This document shows positions 54,515-63,947 of a DNA stretch of 64,000 nucleotides, piece after piece. Position 1 is the stretch's first letter, and the number at the start of each line of letters is the position of its first letter. The position numbers were made by a program, and so were the translations under genes. Source of the stretch: Thermoplasmata archaeon (GTDB lineage Archaea > Thermoplasmatota > Thermoplasmata > Lutacidiplasmatales > UBA184); contig JAKIWO010000003.1 in NCBI GenBank assembly GCA_022749995.1, positions 9,926-73,925 of the forward strand. Reading direction: 5' to 3'. The notes under the pieces are model-generated. The model was not told where the DNA came from, did no database searches, and was given only the letters and a program-made list of their open reading frames with translations.

Positions 54515-55692
54515 GCACCGGCCGACCCGTCGCCCTGGTCGGCGGAGCCAGCACCGTCTGGGGGGTGCGCGCTGCGACCTGGTCGGAGCTGGTCCAGGAG
54601 GCCGGCGCCCGCTTGTTCGCCGCCGTACCGGGACTCGCCGCGGCGGACGTGGACTCGCTGTTCGTGGGCGCGGCCGAGCCGGAACGGTTCGCGTTCCAGT
54701 CGCACGTCGCACCGCTCGCCGCCGAGCTGCTCGGACTGGCTCCGCACCGGATCGTGCAGCGGACCGAGCTCGCCTGCGCCTCGGGCCAGTCGGCGATCCG
54801 TAGCGCCTACGCGGCAATCGCCGCTGGGCTGTCCGAGGTCGCGGTCGTGCTCGGCGTGGAGAAGATGAACCTCCCGTCGATGGCCGAGGCGAACACATCG
54901 ATGGCCTGCGTGATGGACCGGCCGTGGGACGGCGCCCACGGCGCCACCGCCCCTCCGTTCTTCGCCATGGTCGCCCAGCGGCACATGCTCGAGTACGGCA
55001 CCACGCCGGAGCAGCTCGCCGGGGTCTCCGTGAAGAACCACCGATTCGCGAACTCCAACCCGGACGCGCAATTCTACGAGAAGAAGTTCTCCCGCGAGAA
55101 GCTGCTGGGACTTCCGCTCGTCGCCCCCCCGCTACGGCTCGGGGACTGCTCCTCGATGACCGACGGGGCGGCGGCGGTGGTGCTCGTCGCCGGCGAGAAG
55201 GCCCGACAGTACACCGACACCCCGGCCTGGGTGCGGGGTTCCGGCCAGCACGCGAGCTGGCACAATCTCGCCAACAGCGGCTCCCTCACCGACTGGGTCG
55301 GGATGCGCTCGGCCGCGCGCGAGGCGCTCGGATCGGCGGGCATCACCGCCCAGCAGCTCGACTTCGCCGAGCTGCACGACTGCTTCACCATCTCGGAGCT
55401 GATCGAATACGAGATGCTCGGCCTGTGCCCGCGCGGCCAAGGGGGGCGCTACCTGGAAGAGGGCCAGACGGAGATCGGCGGCGACGTAGTGGTGAATCCT
55501 CGCGGGGGACTGCTCGGTTGCGGTCATCCGCTCGGGGCGACGGGCGTGGCGCAGGCCGTGGAAGTGTACCGCCAGTTCACCCACAGCGTGCCTCCGGCGC
55601 GGCAGGTCCCCGACCCGGAGTGGGCGCTCGTCCACAACCTAAGCGGCAGCGCCAACGTCCACTCGATGATGGTCTACCAGCGGGGGAGCTAG
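54511..55692 (+). CDS. Archaeal/SCP2-type thiolase with intact catalytic Cys
   Basis: ELACASG, GVEKM, DGAAA, ELHDCFT, GHPLGATG; GTG start overlaps the previous stop. Confidence 0.92.
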   Translation: MSTGRPVALVGGASTVWGVRAATWSELVQEAGARLFAAVPGLAAADVDSLFVGAAEPERFAFQSHVAPLAAELLGLAPHRIVQRTELACASGQSAIRSAYAAIAAGLSEVAVVLGVEKMNLPSMAEANTSMACVMDRPWDGAHGATAPPFFAMVAQRHMLEYGTTPEQLAGVSVKNHRFANSNPDAQFYEKKFSREKLLGLPLVAPPLRLGDCSSMTDGAAAVVLVAGEKARQYTDTPAWVRGSGQHASWHNLANSGSLTDWVGMRSAAREALGSAGITAQQLDFAELHDCFTISELIEYEMLGLCPRGQGGRYLEEGQTEIGGDVVVNPRGGLLGCGHPLGATGVAQAVEVYRQFTHSVPPARQVPDPEWALVHNLSGSANVHSMMVYQRGS

Positions 55693-55694
55693 CC

Positions 55695-56255
55695 TTGGCT
55701 GCCGCCACCGCTCCCCGGCGACGGAGCTCCTCCGAGCTCCCCGCCGCTGGCCCGGAGCCCGTGGCTCGACCGGCCGAACCGCGACCGGCCGCACCAGTGA
55801 AGCGCACGACTCCCACGGCATTCGACTTCTTTCCCCAGGAGGAGTCCCAGCAGACCCGTGTCAGCCGGTTCTTTGAGGAGCTGAGGGCCGGCCGGCTGTC
55901 CACCACCCGCTGCCGAAAGGACGGCGCGCTGCTGTGGCCGCCGAGGGTCGCCTGCCCGCGCTGCCATGGCGAGGACCTTGAGTGGGTGGAGCTACCGCTC
56001 ACCGGGCGACTCTACGCGTTCAGCGCCGTGCTGGTCGGGGCGCCGCTCGGTATGGAGCAGGACCTGCCGATCACGGTGGGACTGGCCGACCTGGAAGGCG
56101 CGCCGCTCCGACTGTTCGGCCGGATCGTGGGCGCAGGGTGGGAGCGGCTGAGCGTGGGCCAGCGGGTGCGGGTCGAGCCGTTCGCGGTGCCGGACGAGCG
56201 CGTGTTCTACCGGTTCCGGGTCGACGGAGGCCTCGCCGAAAATTCGTCGGCGTAG
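55695..56255 (+). CDS. DUF35 Zn-ribbon/OB-fold protein (thiolase partner)
   Basis: FFEELRAGRL..TRCRKDG..WPPRVACPRC, GRLYAFS; TTG start. Confidence 0.88.
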   Translation: MAAATAPRRRSSSELPAAGPEPVARPAEPRPAAPVKRTTPTAFDFFPQEESQQTRVSRFFEELRAGRLSTTRCRKDGALLWPPRVACPRCHGEDLEWVELPLTGRLYAFSAVLVGAPLGMEQDLPITVGLADLEGAPLRLFGRIVGAGWERLSVGQRVRVEPFAVPDERVFYRFRVDGGLAENSSA

Positions 56256-56266
56256 GCTATTTATAG
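56255..56266 (+). promoter_or_regulatory. TATA box of aglB, palindromic
   Basis: GCTATTTATAGC about 45 nt upstream of the aglB ATG (coordinates approximate). Confidence 0.5.
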
Positions 56267-56309
56267 CGGGCCCAGTCTGCGCGGCCGCCTACCGGGAGCA
56301 GTTTCGTCG

Positions 56310-59300
56310 ATGGCGGAGCAGGGTACCGGCTGGTGGCGGGAGCACGGCTGGACCGTCGCCATCCTCCTGGCGGCCTTCTCGCTCGCCTTGGTGGTCCGCT
56401 CGCTGTTTGCGTGGTCCATCTTCCAGCAGTACGGCTGGCTGTACATCTACGCGGGCGGCTCGGACTCGTACTATCACTCTCGGGTCACGCAGTACATCAT
56501 TCTCAATCACACGAACCTCGTCCGCGACATGGCGCTCCGCTACCCGGTCGGGGCGATCAACCCGCGGGAGCCGCTGTTCGACTGGATGAACGCCGTCCTG
56601 GGCATCCTGTTCCAGGGCTTCTTCCCGGGGGCGACCCCGGCCCTCCGTGCGCAGCAGGCCGGCGCGTTCTTCCTGGACTTCCAGGCCCCGCTCTGGGCCG
56701 GCATCGGCGTCTTCCCGGTCTACCTGATCGGCAAGGAGGTCAGCAGCAAGCGGACCGGGCTCATCGGCGCCCTCCTCTACCCGTTCATCGTCGCCAACAT
56801 CGACTCCTCGGGGCTCGGCTACGCGAACTACCTGACCTTCTACACCGCCGTGATCCTGTTCACCGCCTACGCCTACCTCCGTACGGTCAAGGCGACCTCC
56901 CGGCGGCGCTGGGTGGTCAGCTACCGGAAACCCCGCGAGTTCCTGCAGGGGCTCCGCCAGTTCTGGACGTACGAACGAACGGCGGTGAAGTGGGCGGTCC
57001 TGACCGGCGTGCTGTTCGGTACGCTCGCGCTGGCCTGGCAGGGCTACCCATTCTTCATCGCCATCATGGTGGTGTTCCTCATCATCCAATTCCTCATCGA
57101 GAGGATCCGTCACGTGGACTCCTTCGGCCTGTACGTCGTCACCTGGATCGTCGGGCTCATCGGCTTCCCGATGGCGATGCCCTACTACCTGGCGCAGGGG
57201 CTGTTCGCCAACTGGTTCGATGCGCCGCTGCTGCTGTTCTTCGGCGTCCTCCTCCTGCTGCTCCCGTTCCTGCTGCTGCGCGACTACCCGTGGGTGGTCT
57301 CGGTCCCCGTCTTCGTCATCGGCATGCTGGGGGCCGCGGCGCTGTTCTACGCCGTCGACCCGACCACCTTCGCGACGGTGATCACGGGCCAGGGCTACTT
57401 CGTCAAGACGCTGGTCTACACGACCGTCGCCGAGGCGCAGGCGCCCTCGATCGACTCGCTCATCCTCGGGTACGGTGTGATCACCTTCTTCCTCGCCTTC
57501 GCCGGCCTGATTCTGGTCGCGATCCGGATCGCACGGCAACGGTTCCGTCGGGACCTCGTGTTCTTCTTCGCGTTCTGCGTGGTGTCGATCTACCTGCCGA
57601 TCACGGCGGCGAAGTTCTTCCTGGTCGGCTCCCCCGTCTACGCGCTCCTGCCGGCGGAGGTGCTCGTGCTGCTCCTCGACGTCGCCGGCTACACGACGCT
57701 GCGGCGCAACATCGCCTCGCTGTCCGACCGGCGCAGTCAGGCGAGCGCCTTCCGGCGATCGTTCAAGGCGCGCCACGTCCTCGTCATGGTCGTCGTGCTG
57801 GTCATCCTGGTCCCGAACGTCTGGTACGCCATCGACGCCGGGATTCCAGGGAACTCGAAGACCGGCTACAACCTGCAGGTGTACAACACGCTCCCACCGC
57901 CGTTGCGCACGTCCCCTGCGAACGCCTCGAGCTACTACTTGGGCGCCGCCGGGACCAGCCTGGATACGCCGAACCAGTACGACGAGGCCGGCTACAATTG
58001 GCTGGCCACCCAGGACACCAATCTGCCGATGTACGACCGTCCGGCGTTCATCAGCTGGTGGGATTATGGATTCCAGGCGATCGACGAAGGGTTGCACCCT
58101 TCGGTCGCCGACAACTTCCAAAACGGCATCGACCCGGCCGGTAACTTCCTGCTCTCGCAGAACGAGAGCCAATCGATCGCCATCCTGGCGGTGGAGCTGC
58201 TCGCCGCCGAGCAGACCATCTCCCACCAGCCGTACCTGCCCTCGAATCTCGACGCGATCCTGGCGCACGACGGCGTCAACCTGCGGACGCTCCACGCGCT
58301 CATGGTGAATACCTCCGCCGACGTCCCGCTCGTGATCGCCCACCCCGAGCGGTACCTGCCGGTGAGCGCCGCGAACCTGGACCGGACCAACGCGATGTAC
58401 ATGGCGACCTCCTGGTTCCTCGGCGAGACGCTCTCGTTGAGCGGGGTCGCGAAGGTGTACGACGACGTGCAGGCGTACACGGGCTGGGCGATCCGGTACG
58501 CGATGGTGGACTCCCGGCTCTTCCCGTTCAGCGGCCAGAGCACGGGGATCTTCTACGCGCCGGCCGACCTCACCGACCGGGTGATCAGCTCCGGCGGAGT
58601 TCCGACCACCTACTACACGCTCAGCGTGTTGGGCTCGGACGGCAACACGTACACGGCCGGATCCGTCCCGCCCGGCGTGCAGGCCGCCCAGGTGAACATC
58701 GGCTACAGCCCGGCGTTCTACAACACCATGCTCTACCACATCTTCATCGGCTACAACGGGACCGAGGTCGGCCAGGGCCAGGGGATCCCCGGCCTCTCGG
58801 GCGCGGTGAGCGGCAACACCCCAGAACCCGGCTGGATGTTGCAGCACTTCCAGGTGGTCTACCGCACGGCGTACTACTGCCCGTACGCCAACCCGAGCCA
58901 GCATCCCGGCTGCTACGGCGCGGACAACCTCCCGGACGCGGTGGCGAGCGCCCATGCCCACAACGGCAGCGTCGACGCCAGCACCGGCTCCTACTTCAAC
59001 GGTGGCGAGACGATGCTGGAGTACTACTCCGGCCAGCCGTTCGTCGGGACCGTCGAGCTTCCCGGCGGGACCCCGGTGAGCTCGGTCCGCCTGACCGTGT
59101 ACGACAGCTGGAACATCCCGCACATGACCACGCTCACCGGGGCGAACGGAAGCTTCGCCCTCGACCTGCCCCCCGGCGACGACACAGTGAACGTCACGAC
59201 CGGCACCGTCAACGGTCTGACCCAGGCGGGGGCGACGCTGCTGCGATCGATCCACATCGATGTCCCCTCCTCGCAGGGATTCGCCGTCAACCCCCCACCC

Positions 59301-62300
59301 CTGGTGCAGAACGTCGTGCTCCCGTCGACCACGGTCTCAGGGTTCGTCTACTTCAACGACGCGAACAACTCGACCTACCAACCGGCGGCCGACCGACTCG
59401 CCGTCGGCGCCACGGTCAAGCTCTTCGGCGCGGGATTGCCGACCTACACGGCGCTCACCGACGCCAGCGGCTCCTACCAGCTCGCGGGGATTTCCCCGGG
59501 AGTGTACTCCTTCACCATCGGATACGCCGGAGCGCAGTTCCCGCAGACCAATGTCTTCGCCACGACCGGCAAGGTGGTGAACGAAACGGTTGCGCTCAGT
59601 CCCGGGCAGCTCTCCGGATTCGTCGTCGGGGTGAGCAACATCACCAAGGGACTTGCCGGTGCGACCGTGACCCTCTCCTCCGTACGCGGCGCGGTCCAGC
59701 AGACGATCACCGACTTGACTGGTCTCTACACGTTGCGGGACATCGTCCCTGGCAACTACACGGTCCGCGCCAGTGTCGGGGGCACCTCGCTCATCAGTCC
59801 GGCGATTCCCGAGATATTCACCGCGGCCGGAGGCAAGGCCAAGCTCAACCTGACCTTGTTCCCGACGCTCCGGGTCCAGCTGATCGCTCTCGCCAGCGGC
59901 GTACCGCAATCCGGCGTGCCCGTCCGGTTCACACAGATCGAGCCGCTCGGGCCGGCGGCGAGCGGGAACAACACCACCTCGACGGCGCCGGGGGTCAATT
60001 CCACCGTCGTGCTCACGGGCCCTGATGGCACGCTCACCGCGCTGTTGCCCGCGGGCAACTACAGCATCTACGGCGCGGCCCTCCTCGGCACGCAGTGGTT
60101 CGCGGGCCTCGCCAGCGCCTACCTGCCACGGGCGAGCGTCGCGGGCTCGGGCGTCCTCGTCCTGCCTCCGCTATCGCTCTCCCCCGCGGTCACCCTGACC
60201 GGGACCGTGGTCGCGCCGGCGAGCTCCCCCTCCAACAACGCGTTCGGGATCCCGATCACCGCCTACAACGCCCACGGCGACGGGGTGCTCGCGCTCGCCA
60301 ACCAGAGCGGGGGCTTCCGACTGCTCCTGCCGCCGAACAACTACGCCGTCGAGGCGATCCAGGCGCCTACCTCGACGAGCTCGGCGAGCTCCGCCGCGCT
60401 CGCCCAGGTCAATCTGACCTACTCGACCGACCTCCGGCTGCCGCTGGTCCCTGGATTCCTGTGGCAAGCCCAGGCCGGTGCCAGCCTGGCCAGCGCGCCG
60501 AGCTTCTGGCCGGCCGCGGGTGCGACGGTCAGTGTCTCCACCGGTCCCGGCACCACGCCGGTCACCACGGTGGCGAACGGTAACGGCACGGCCCGCCTGG
60601 TCCTGCCCCTGGCGTTGCCATCGGGCCGGACCTACTGTGTGGCCGTCAGCGCGCTCGGCTTCGAGCCGTACTCGCAGTGCGGTCTGCCCCCGCAGGCGCT
60701 CGCAGGGTTCAGCGACCTGGCGATGCACCTGTCCACCGAACCGGTGAACATCAACTTCGTCGGCTACCCTCCGGGCACGACCCTGCGCCTGAACCTGAGC
60801 GCGACGGCCGCCCCGGCCCAGAGTACGAGCGTCCTCGGCGGGCCCCGATTCAACCTCACCCTCGACCCCGGCGCCTACCAGCTGACCGCCTGGGCACCCT
60901 ACCCGAACGGGACGGGCGTGCTCCAGCCGCCGCACCCGGTCAACTTTAGCGTCCCCTTCGGGTACGCCCAGACGAACCTCACGGTCATCCTCCTCCATCA
61001 GCTCGGCTCCGTGGGAACGCTGCAGCTGCCTTCGGGAGTCAACGCCAGCCGAGTGCAGGTGCGGCTGGTCTCCTCCTCCCTCAACGTGAGCGTCAGCGGC
61101 ACGCAGTTCCTGAGCCGCTTCCTCGCGACCCCCGGGAGCTACGTCGCCTACACCACGGCGGCGGCCGGCAATCTGAGCTACGCCAACTTGACCACGATCA
61201 CCGTTGCGGCCAACGGGGTCGCCACGCCGACGATCTCTTTGCTGGGCTCCGGCACCTTCCTGGTGGGTACGCTCGCCCCGCCGACCGGCTACTCCCTCAA
61301 CGGGTCGACGGTGGCGGTTACGCTGCTCGGCCCTGGGGGCCACTCCGTACCCGCGCAGGCCGTCGACGGAGAGTTCCAGGCGCTGCTGCCCACCGGGGGC
61401 AGCTACCGGCCCATGGTGAATGTCACGCTGCCCGAGCCGGGACCCGGCGGCCACACCGAGTACATCCAGTTCCGCACGTCCGGGCTCACGACCTGCCCCG
61501 TGAGCGGCAACACGAGCGCGTGCTCGATCCCTCTCTCCGCCACCATTGGCCTGAGCACCGTCTACGGGTCCGTGAGCGCGATCGGTAGCACCCTCCGGCC
61601 GGACGGCACCCTCTGGTTCATCGACAGCACCGGCGCGCGCACGAGCACGACCCTGAGCGCCGGGAGCTACTCGGTTCGCCTGCCCCCCGGTGACTACGTG
61701 GCCTACGCCAGTGCCCCGGGGGCCGGCACGATGCTCGCCGGACTCGCCAACGTGAGCGTCGGCAACGGGAGCACCGCCCTCAACTTGAGCCTCGGCCTGG
61801 CTTGGACCGACAGCCTCACGGTGCTACCGGCCCCGGGCGGGCCGGCGCTGGCCAACATCAGCGTTTCCCGCACCGGCTTCCCGGTCCTCGACTTCACCAA
61901 CGAGCCGGTGAGCACCACGATCCCCCTCACGCTCCCGGCGGGGACCTGGACGATCACCGCCCGCTCGAGCGCGAACGCCTTTGGGGTGCGCACCGCCAGC
62001 GTCGCGACGCTCGCGGTGACGCTGCTTTCCGGCAACGCCGCCACGACGCTGGCACTGCGTGCGGTGCTCACGAGCTCGGTCTCCATCGACCTCACGGGCC
62101 TCACGCACACGAGCGCCCTCCCCGGCAGCACCGTCCGGTTCACCTTCGGGCTGGTCAATACGGGCTCCACGCCGGTGACCTTCCACCTGCTCGGGAGTCC
62201 GGTGACTTGGAACTTCAGCTTCTCCCCGGCGAACTTCACGCTGCCGGCCGGTGCGACCGGTGTGGCGACCTCCGAGGTCAGCATCGGGCTCCCTGCGAAC

Positions 62301-62921
62301 GCCCCGGTCGCGCATCCGCCGATCATCATCGAGGCGATCGCCTCGAACAACTCGATCCTCGGCTCGAGCACCCGTTCCCCCCTCGTGGATGTCGCCCCCG
62401 AGCCGGGACTCGAGATCGGAGCGAACCCCCGGCTGAGCGCCATCTCGAGCGATTCGGTCACCGTGCCGTTCTGGGCGTACAACCCCGGCAACGTCGCCGA
62501 GTCGGTCCACTTCGCCGTGGGGGATGCCGCGCGGATCGCCGGGTTGGGCTGGACCATCGCGCTCCGGTCCGGCGCGAGCGCCCTGCCGAACCAGGTCAGC
62601 CTGAGCCCCGGACAGAACTCGAGCTACTCGGTGCTGCTGAGTTCGCCGAGCGGGCAGGCGCTGCCGCCCGGCACGACCACCGTGCTCGCCAGCGTCACCA
62701 ACGGCTCGCTCTCGCTCCAGCGCAGCGCGCTGCTCACCGTTCCGGGCCTCACCATCGGGCTGACCAACAGTAGCATCGCGATCACGGGCCCGTCGATCGG
62801 TTCGCCTCCGGCGTACCCGTCCTGGCTCGTGCCGGTGCTCGTCTTCTTGCCGGCGCTCGCCTTCTTGGCCGCGGCCGCGAGCTGGCGGTGGTGGAGGACC
62901 CGGCGCTGGGTGCGCCGGTAG
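56310..62921 (+). CDS. aglB: Oligosaccharyltransferase AglB (STT3) with a very long beta-sandwich C-terminal extension and terminal TM anchor
   Basis: GSDSYYH, TVAEAQ, WWDYG and DNFQ motifs; multi-TM N-terminal half; repeated carboxypeptidase-regulatory/Ig-like units; C-terminal TM + RR. Confidence 0.92.
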   Translation: MAEQGTGWWREHGWTVAILLAAFSLALVVRSLFAWSIFQQYGWLYIYAGGSDSYYHSRVTQYIILNHTNLVRDMALRYPVGAINPREPLFDWMNAVLGILFQGFFPGATPALRAQQAGAFFLDFQAPLWAGIGVFPVYLIGKEVSSKRTGLIGALLYPFIVANIDSSGLGYANYLTFYTAVILFTAYAYLRTVKATSRRRWVVSYRKPREFLQGLRQFWTYERTAVKWAVLTGVLFGTLALAWQGYPFFIAIMVVFLIIQFLIERIRHVDSFGLYVVTWIVGLIGFPMAMPYYLAQGLFANWFDAPLLLFFGVLLLLLPFLLLRDYPWVVSVPVFVIGMLGAAALFYAVDPTTFATVITGQGYFVKTLVYTTVAEAQAPSIDSLILGYGVITFFLAFAGLILVAIRIARQRFRRDLVFFFAFCVVSIYLPITAAKFFLVGSPVYALLPAEVLVLLLDVAGYTTLRRNIASLSDRRSQASAFRRSFKARHVLVMVVVLVILVPNVWYAIDAGIPGNSKTGYNLQVYNTLPPPLRTSPANASSYYLGAAGTSLDTPNQYDEAGYNWLATQDTNLPMYDRPAFISWWDYGFQAIDEGLHPSVADNFQNGIDPAGNFLLSQNESQSIAILAVELLAAEQTISHQPYLPSNLDAILAHDGVNLRTLHALMVNTSADVPLVIAHPERYLPVSAANLDRTNAMYMATSWFLGETLSLSGVAKVYDDVQAYTGWAIRYAMVDSRLFPFSGQSTGIFYAPADLTDRVISSGGVPTTYYTLSVLGSDGNTYTAGSVPPGVQAAQVNIGYSPAFYNTMLYHIFIGYNGTEVGQGQGIPGLSGAVSGNTPEPGWMLQHFQVVYRTAYYCPYANPSQHPGCYGADNLPDAVASAHAHNGSVDASTGSYFNGGETMLEYYSGQPFVGTVELPGGTPVSSVRLTVYDSWNIPHMTTLTGANGSFALDLPPGDDTVNVTTGTVNGLTQAGATLLRSIHIDVPSSQGFAVNPPPLVQNVVLPSTTVSGFVYFNDANNSTYQPAADRLAVGATVKLFGAGLPTYTALTDASGSYQLAGISPGVYSFTIGYAGAQFPQTNVFATTGKVVNETVALSPGQLSGFVVGVSNITKGLAGATVTLSSVRGAVQQTITDLTGLYTLRDIVPGNYTVRASVGGTSLISPAIPEIFTAAGGKAKLNLTLFPTLRVQLIALASGVPQSGVPVRFTQIEPLGPAASGNNTTSTAPGVNSTVVLTGPDGTLTALLPAGNYSIYGAALLGTQWFAGLASAYLPRASVAGSGVLVLPPLSLSPAVTLTGTVVAPASSPSNNAFGIPITAYNAHGDGVLALANQSGGFRLLLPPNNYAVEAIQAPTSTSSASSAALAQVNLTYSTDLRLPLVPGFLWQAQAGASLASAPSFWPAAGATVSVSTGPGTTPVTTVANGNGTARLVLPLALPSGRTYCVAVSALGFEPYSQCGLPPQALAGFSDLAMHLSTEPVNINFVGYPPGTTLRLNLSATAAPAQSTSVLGGPRFNLTLDPGAYQLTAWAPYPNGTGVLQPPHPVNFSVPFGYAQTNLTVILLHQLGSVGTLQLPSGVNASRVQVRLVSSSLNVSVSGTQFLSRFLATPGSYVAYTTAAAGNLSYANLTTITVAANGVATPTISLLGSGTFLVGTLAPPTGYSLNGSTVAVTLLGPGGHSVPAQAVDGEFQALLPTGGSYRPMVNVTLPEPGPGGHTEYIQFRTSGLTTCPVSGNTSACSIPLSATIGLSTVYGSVSAIGSTLRPDGTLWFIDSTGARTSTTLSAGSYSVRLPPGDYVAYASAPGAGTMLAGLANVSVGNGSTALNLSLGLAWTDSLTVLPAPGGPALANISVSRTGFPVLDFTNEPVSTTIPLTLPAGTWTITARSSANAFGVRTASVATLAVTLLSGNAATTLALRAVLTSSVSIDLTGLTHTSALPGSTVRFTFGLVNTGSTPVTFHLLGSPVTWNFSFSPANFTLPAGATGVATSEVSIGLPANAPVAHPPIIIEAIASNNSILGSSTRSPLVDVAPEPGLEIGANPRLSAISSDSVTVPFWAYNPGNVAESVHFAVGDAARIAGLGWTIALRSGASALPNQVSLSPGQNSSYSVLLSSPSGQALPPGTTTVLASVTNGSLSLQRSALLTVPGLTIGLTNSSIAITGPSIGSPPAYPSWLVPVLVFLPALAFLAAAASWRWWRTRRWVRR

Positions 62922-62931
62922 GAAGGACTCG

Positions 62932-63756
62932 ATGGAACGATCCTCGCTTCCCCGGTTCGGCCCCGTCGCCGCGCGCTTCGCTCTCCTTGCCCTCCTGTTG
63001 ACGAGCGTGGGGTTGACGGCGATGGGCGGCGCGCACGCGACCGCCTATCCCGAGCTCAAGGCGAACCTGTCGGGACCGACGCTGATCGGCACCTCGCAGG
63101 CCGCGAGCTACGCGCTCACCGCCACGGGGGGCCCGGCGGTCGGGTTCAACGGCACCCAGGTCGGCACGTTGAGCTTCACCTCGAGCGTCGCGGGCGCCAA
63201 CACCACGAACGTGCTGCTGACGCCGAGCGCCGGCGTGCTCGTGAACGGCAGCGTGAGCCTCTCGCTCACGGCTTCGAACATCACCGAGACGCTCGTCCTG
63301 TCGGTAGAGGTGACCAGCCACTACCTGAACAGCAACGCCACGGAGAACCTCACGTACCGAGTCGTCGTGATCCAGCCCTACACGCTCAGCGCCAGCGTGG
63401 TGAACCAGAGCAACTACGGGACGGCGCCGTTCAATCTCAGCGTGCTGCTGGACGGGAGCCCTGTGGGCCGGATCAAGGTCCCCGGGATGCTCGCCGGTGC
63501 GAGCACCCAAGTGAGCTACAGCTACGTCTCCAACTCGCTCTCGCCCGGCTGGCACACCTTCAGCGTGAGCCTGGTGGAGCAGCACGGCCTCATCCTATTC
63601 GGCAACGGCCAGACGCAGTACTCGGTCAGCTTCTACGTGAACGGCGTCTCGGAGAACGACACGCTGTGGTACGTGACGGGCGTGGCCGCCTTCGTGGGGG
63701 CCGTCTTTATATGGCTCACCTCCGTCGGCGCGCGCCGTCGGCGCCGCAAGCGCTAG
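62932..63756 (+). CDS. Secreted Ig/CARDB-like surface protein with C-terminal TM anchor
   Basis: Signal peptide; VVNQSNY...FNLSVLLDG...GWHTFSV; TM + RRRRKR; many N-x-S/T sequons. Confidence 0.7.
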   Translation: MERSSLPRFGPVAARFALLALLLTSVGLTAMGGAHATAYPELKANLSGPTLIGTSQAASYALTATGGPAVGFNGTQVGTLSFTSSVAGANTTNVLLTPSAGVLVNGSVSLSLTASNITETLVLSVEVTSHYLNSNATENLTYRVVVIQPYTLSASVVNQSNYGTAPFNLSVLLDGSPVGRIKVPGMLAGASTQVSYSYVSNSLSPGWHTFSVSLVEQHGLILFGNGQTQYSVSFYVNGVSENDTLWYVTGVAAFVGAVFIWLTSVGARRRRRKR

Positions 63757-63768
63757 CGGGACATTCTC

Positions 63769-63939
63769 ATGGCAATCGGAGCGGCGCGATGCAGCAGTTG
63801 CGGGCTGGCCCTGAGCGGACGCGGAGTGGTCCAGTTCCCGTGCCCGCAGTGCGGGGTGAGCACGCTGGCACGCTGCGCCCGTTGCCGGGACCAGAGCGTG
63901 GCCTACCACTGCCCGAACTGCGCCTTCGCCGGTCCGTAG
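63769..63939 (+). CDS. Small Zn-finger protein (DUF1610/HVO_2753-like), not in the ORF track
   Basis: Hand-translated: MAIGAARCSSCGLALSGRGVVQFPCPQCGVSTLARCARCRDQSVAYHCPNCAFAGP; four CxxC; precedes EF-1beta as in other archaea. Confidence 0.9.
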   Translation: MAIGAARCSSCGLALSGRGVVQFPCPQCGVSTLARCARCRDQSVAYHCPNCAFAGP

Positions 63940-63947
63940 GAGTCCCG

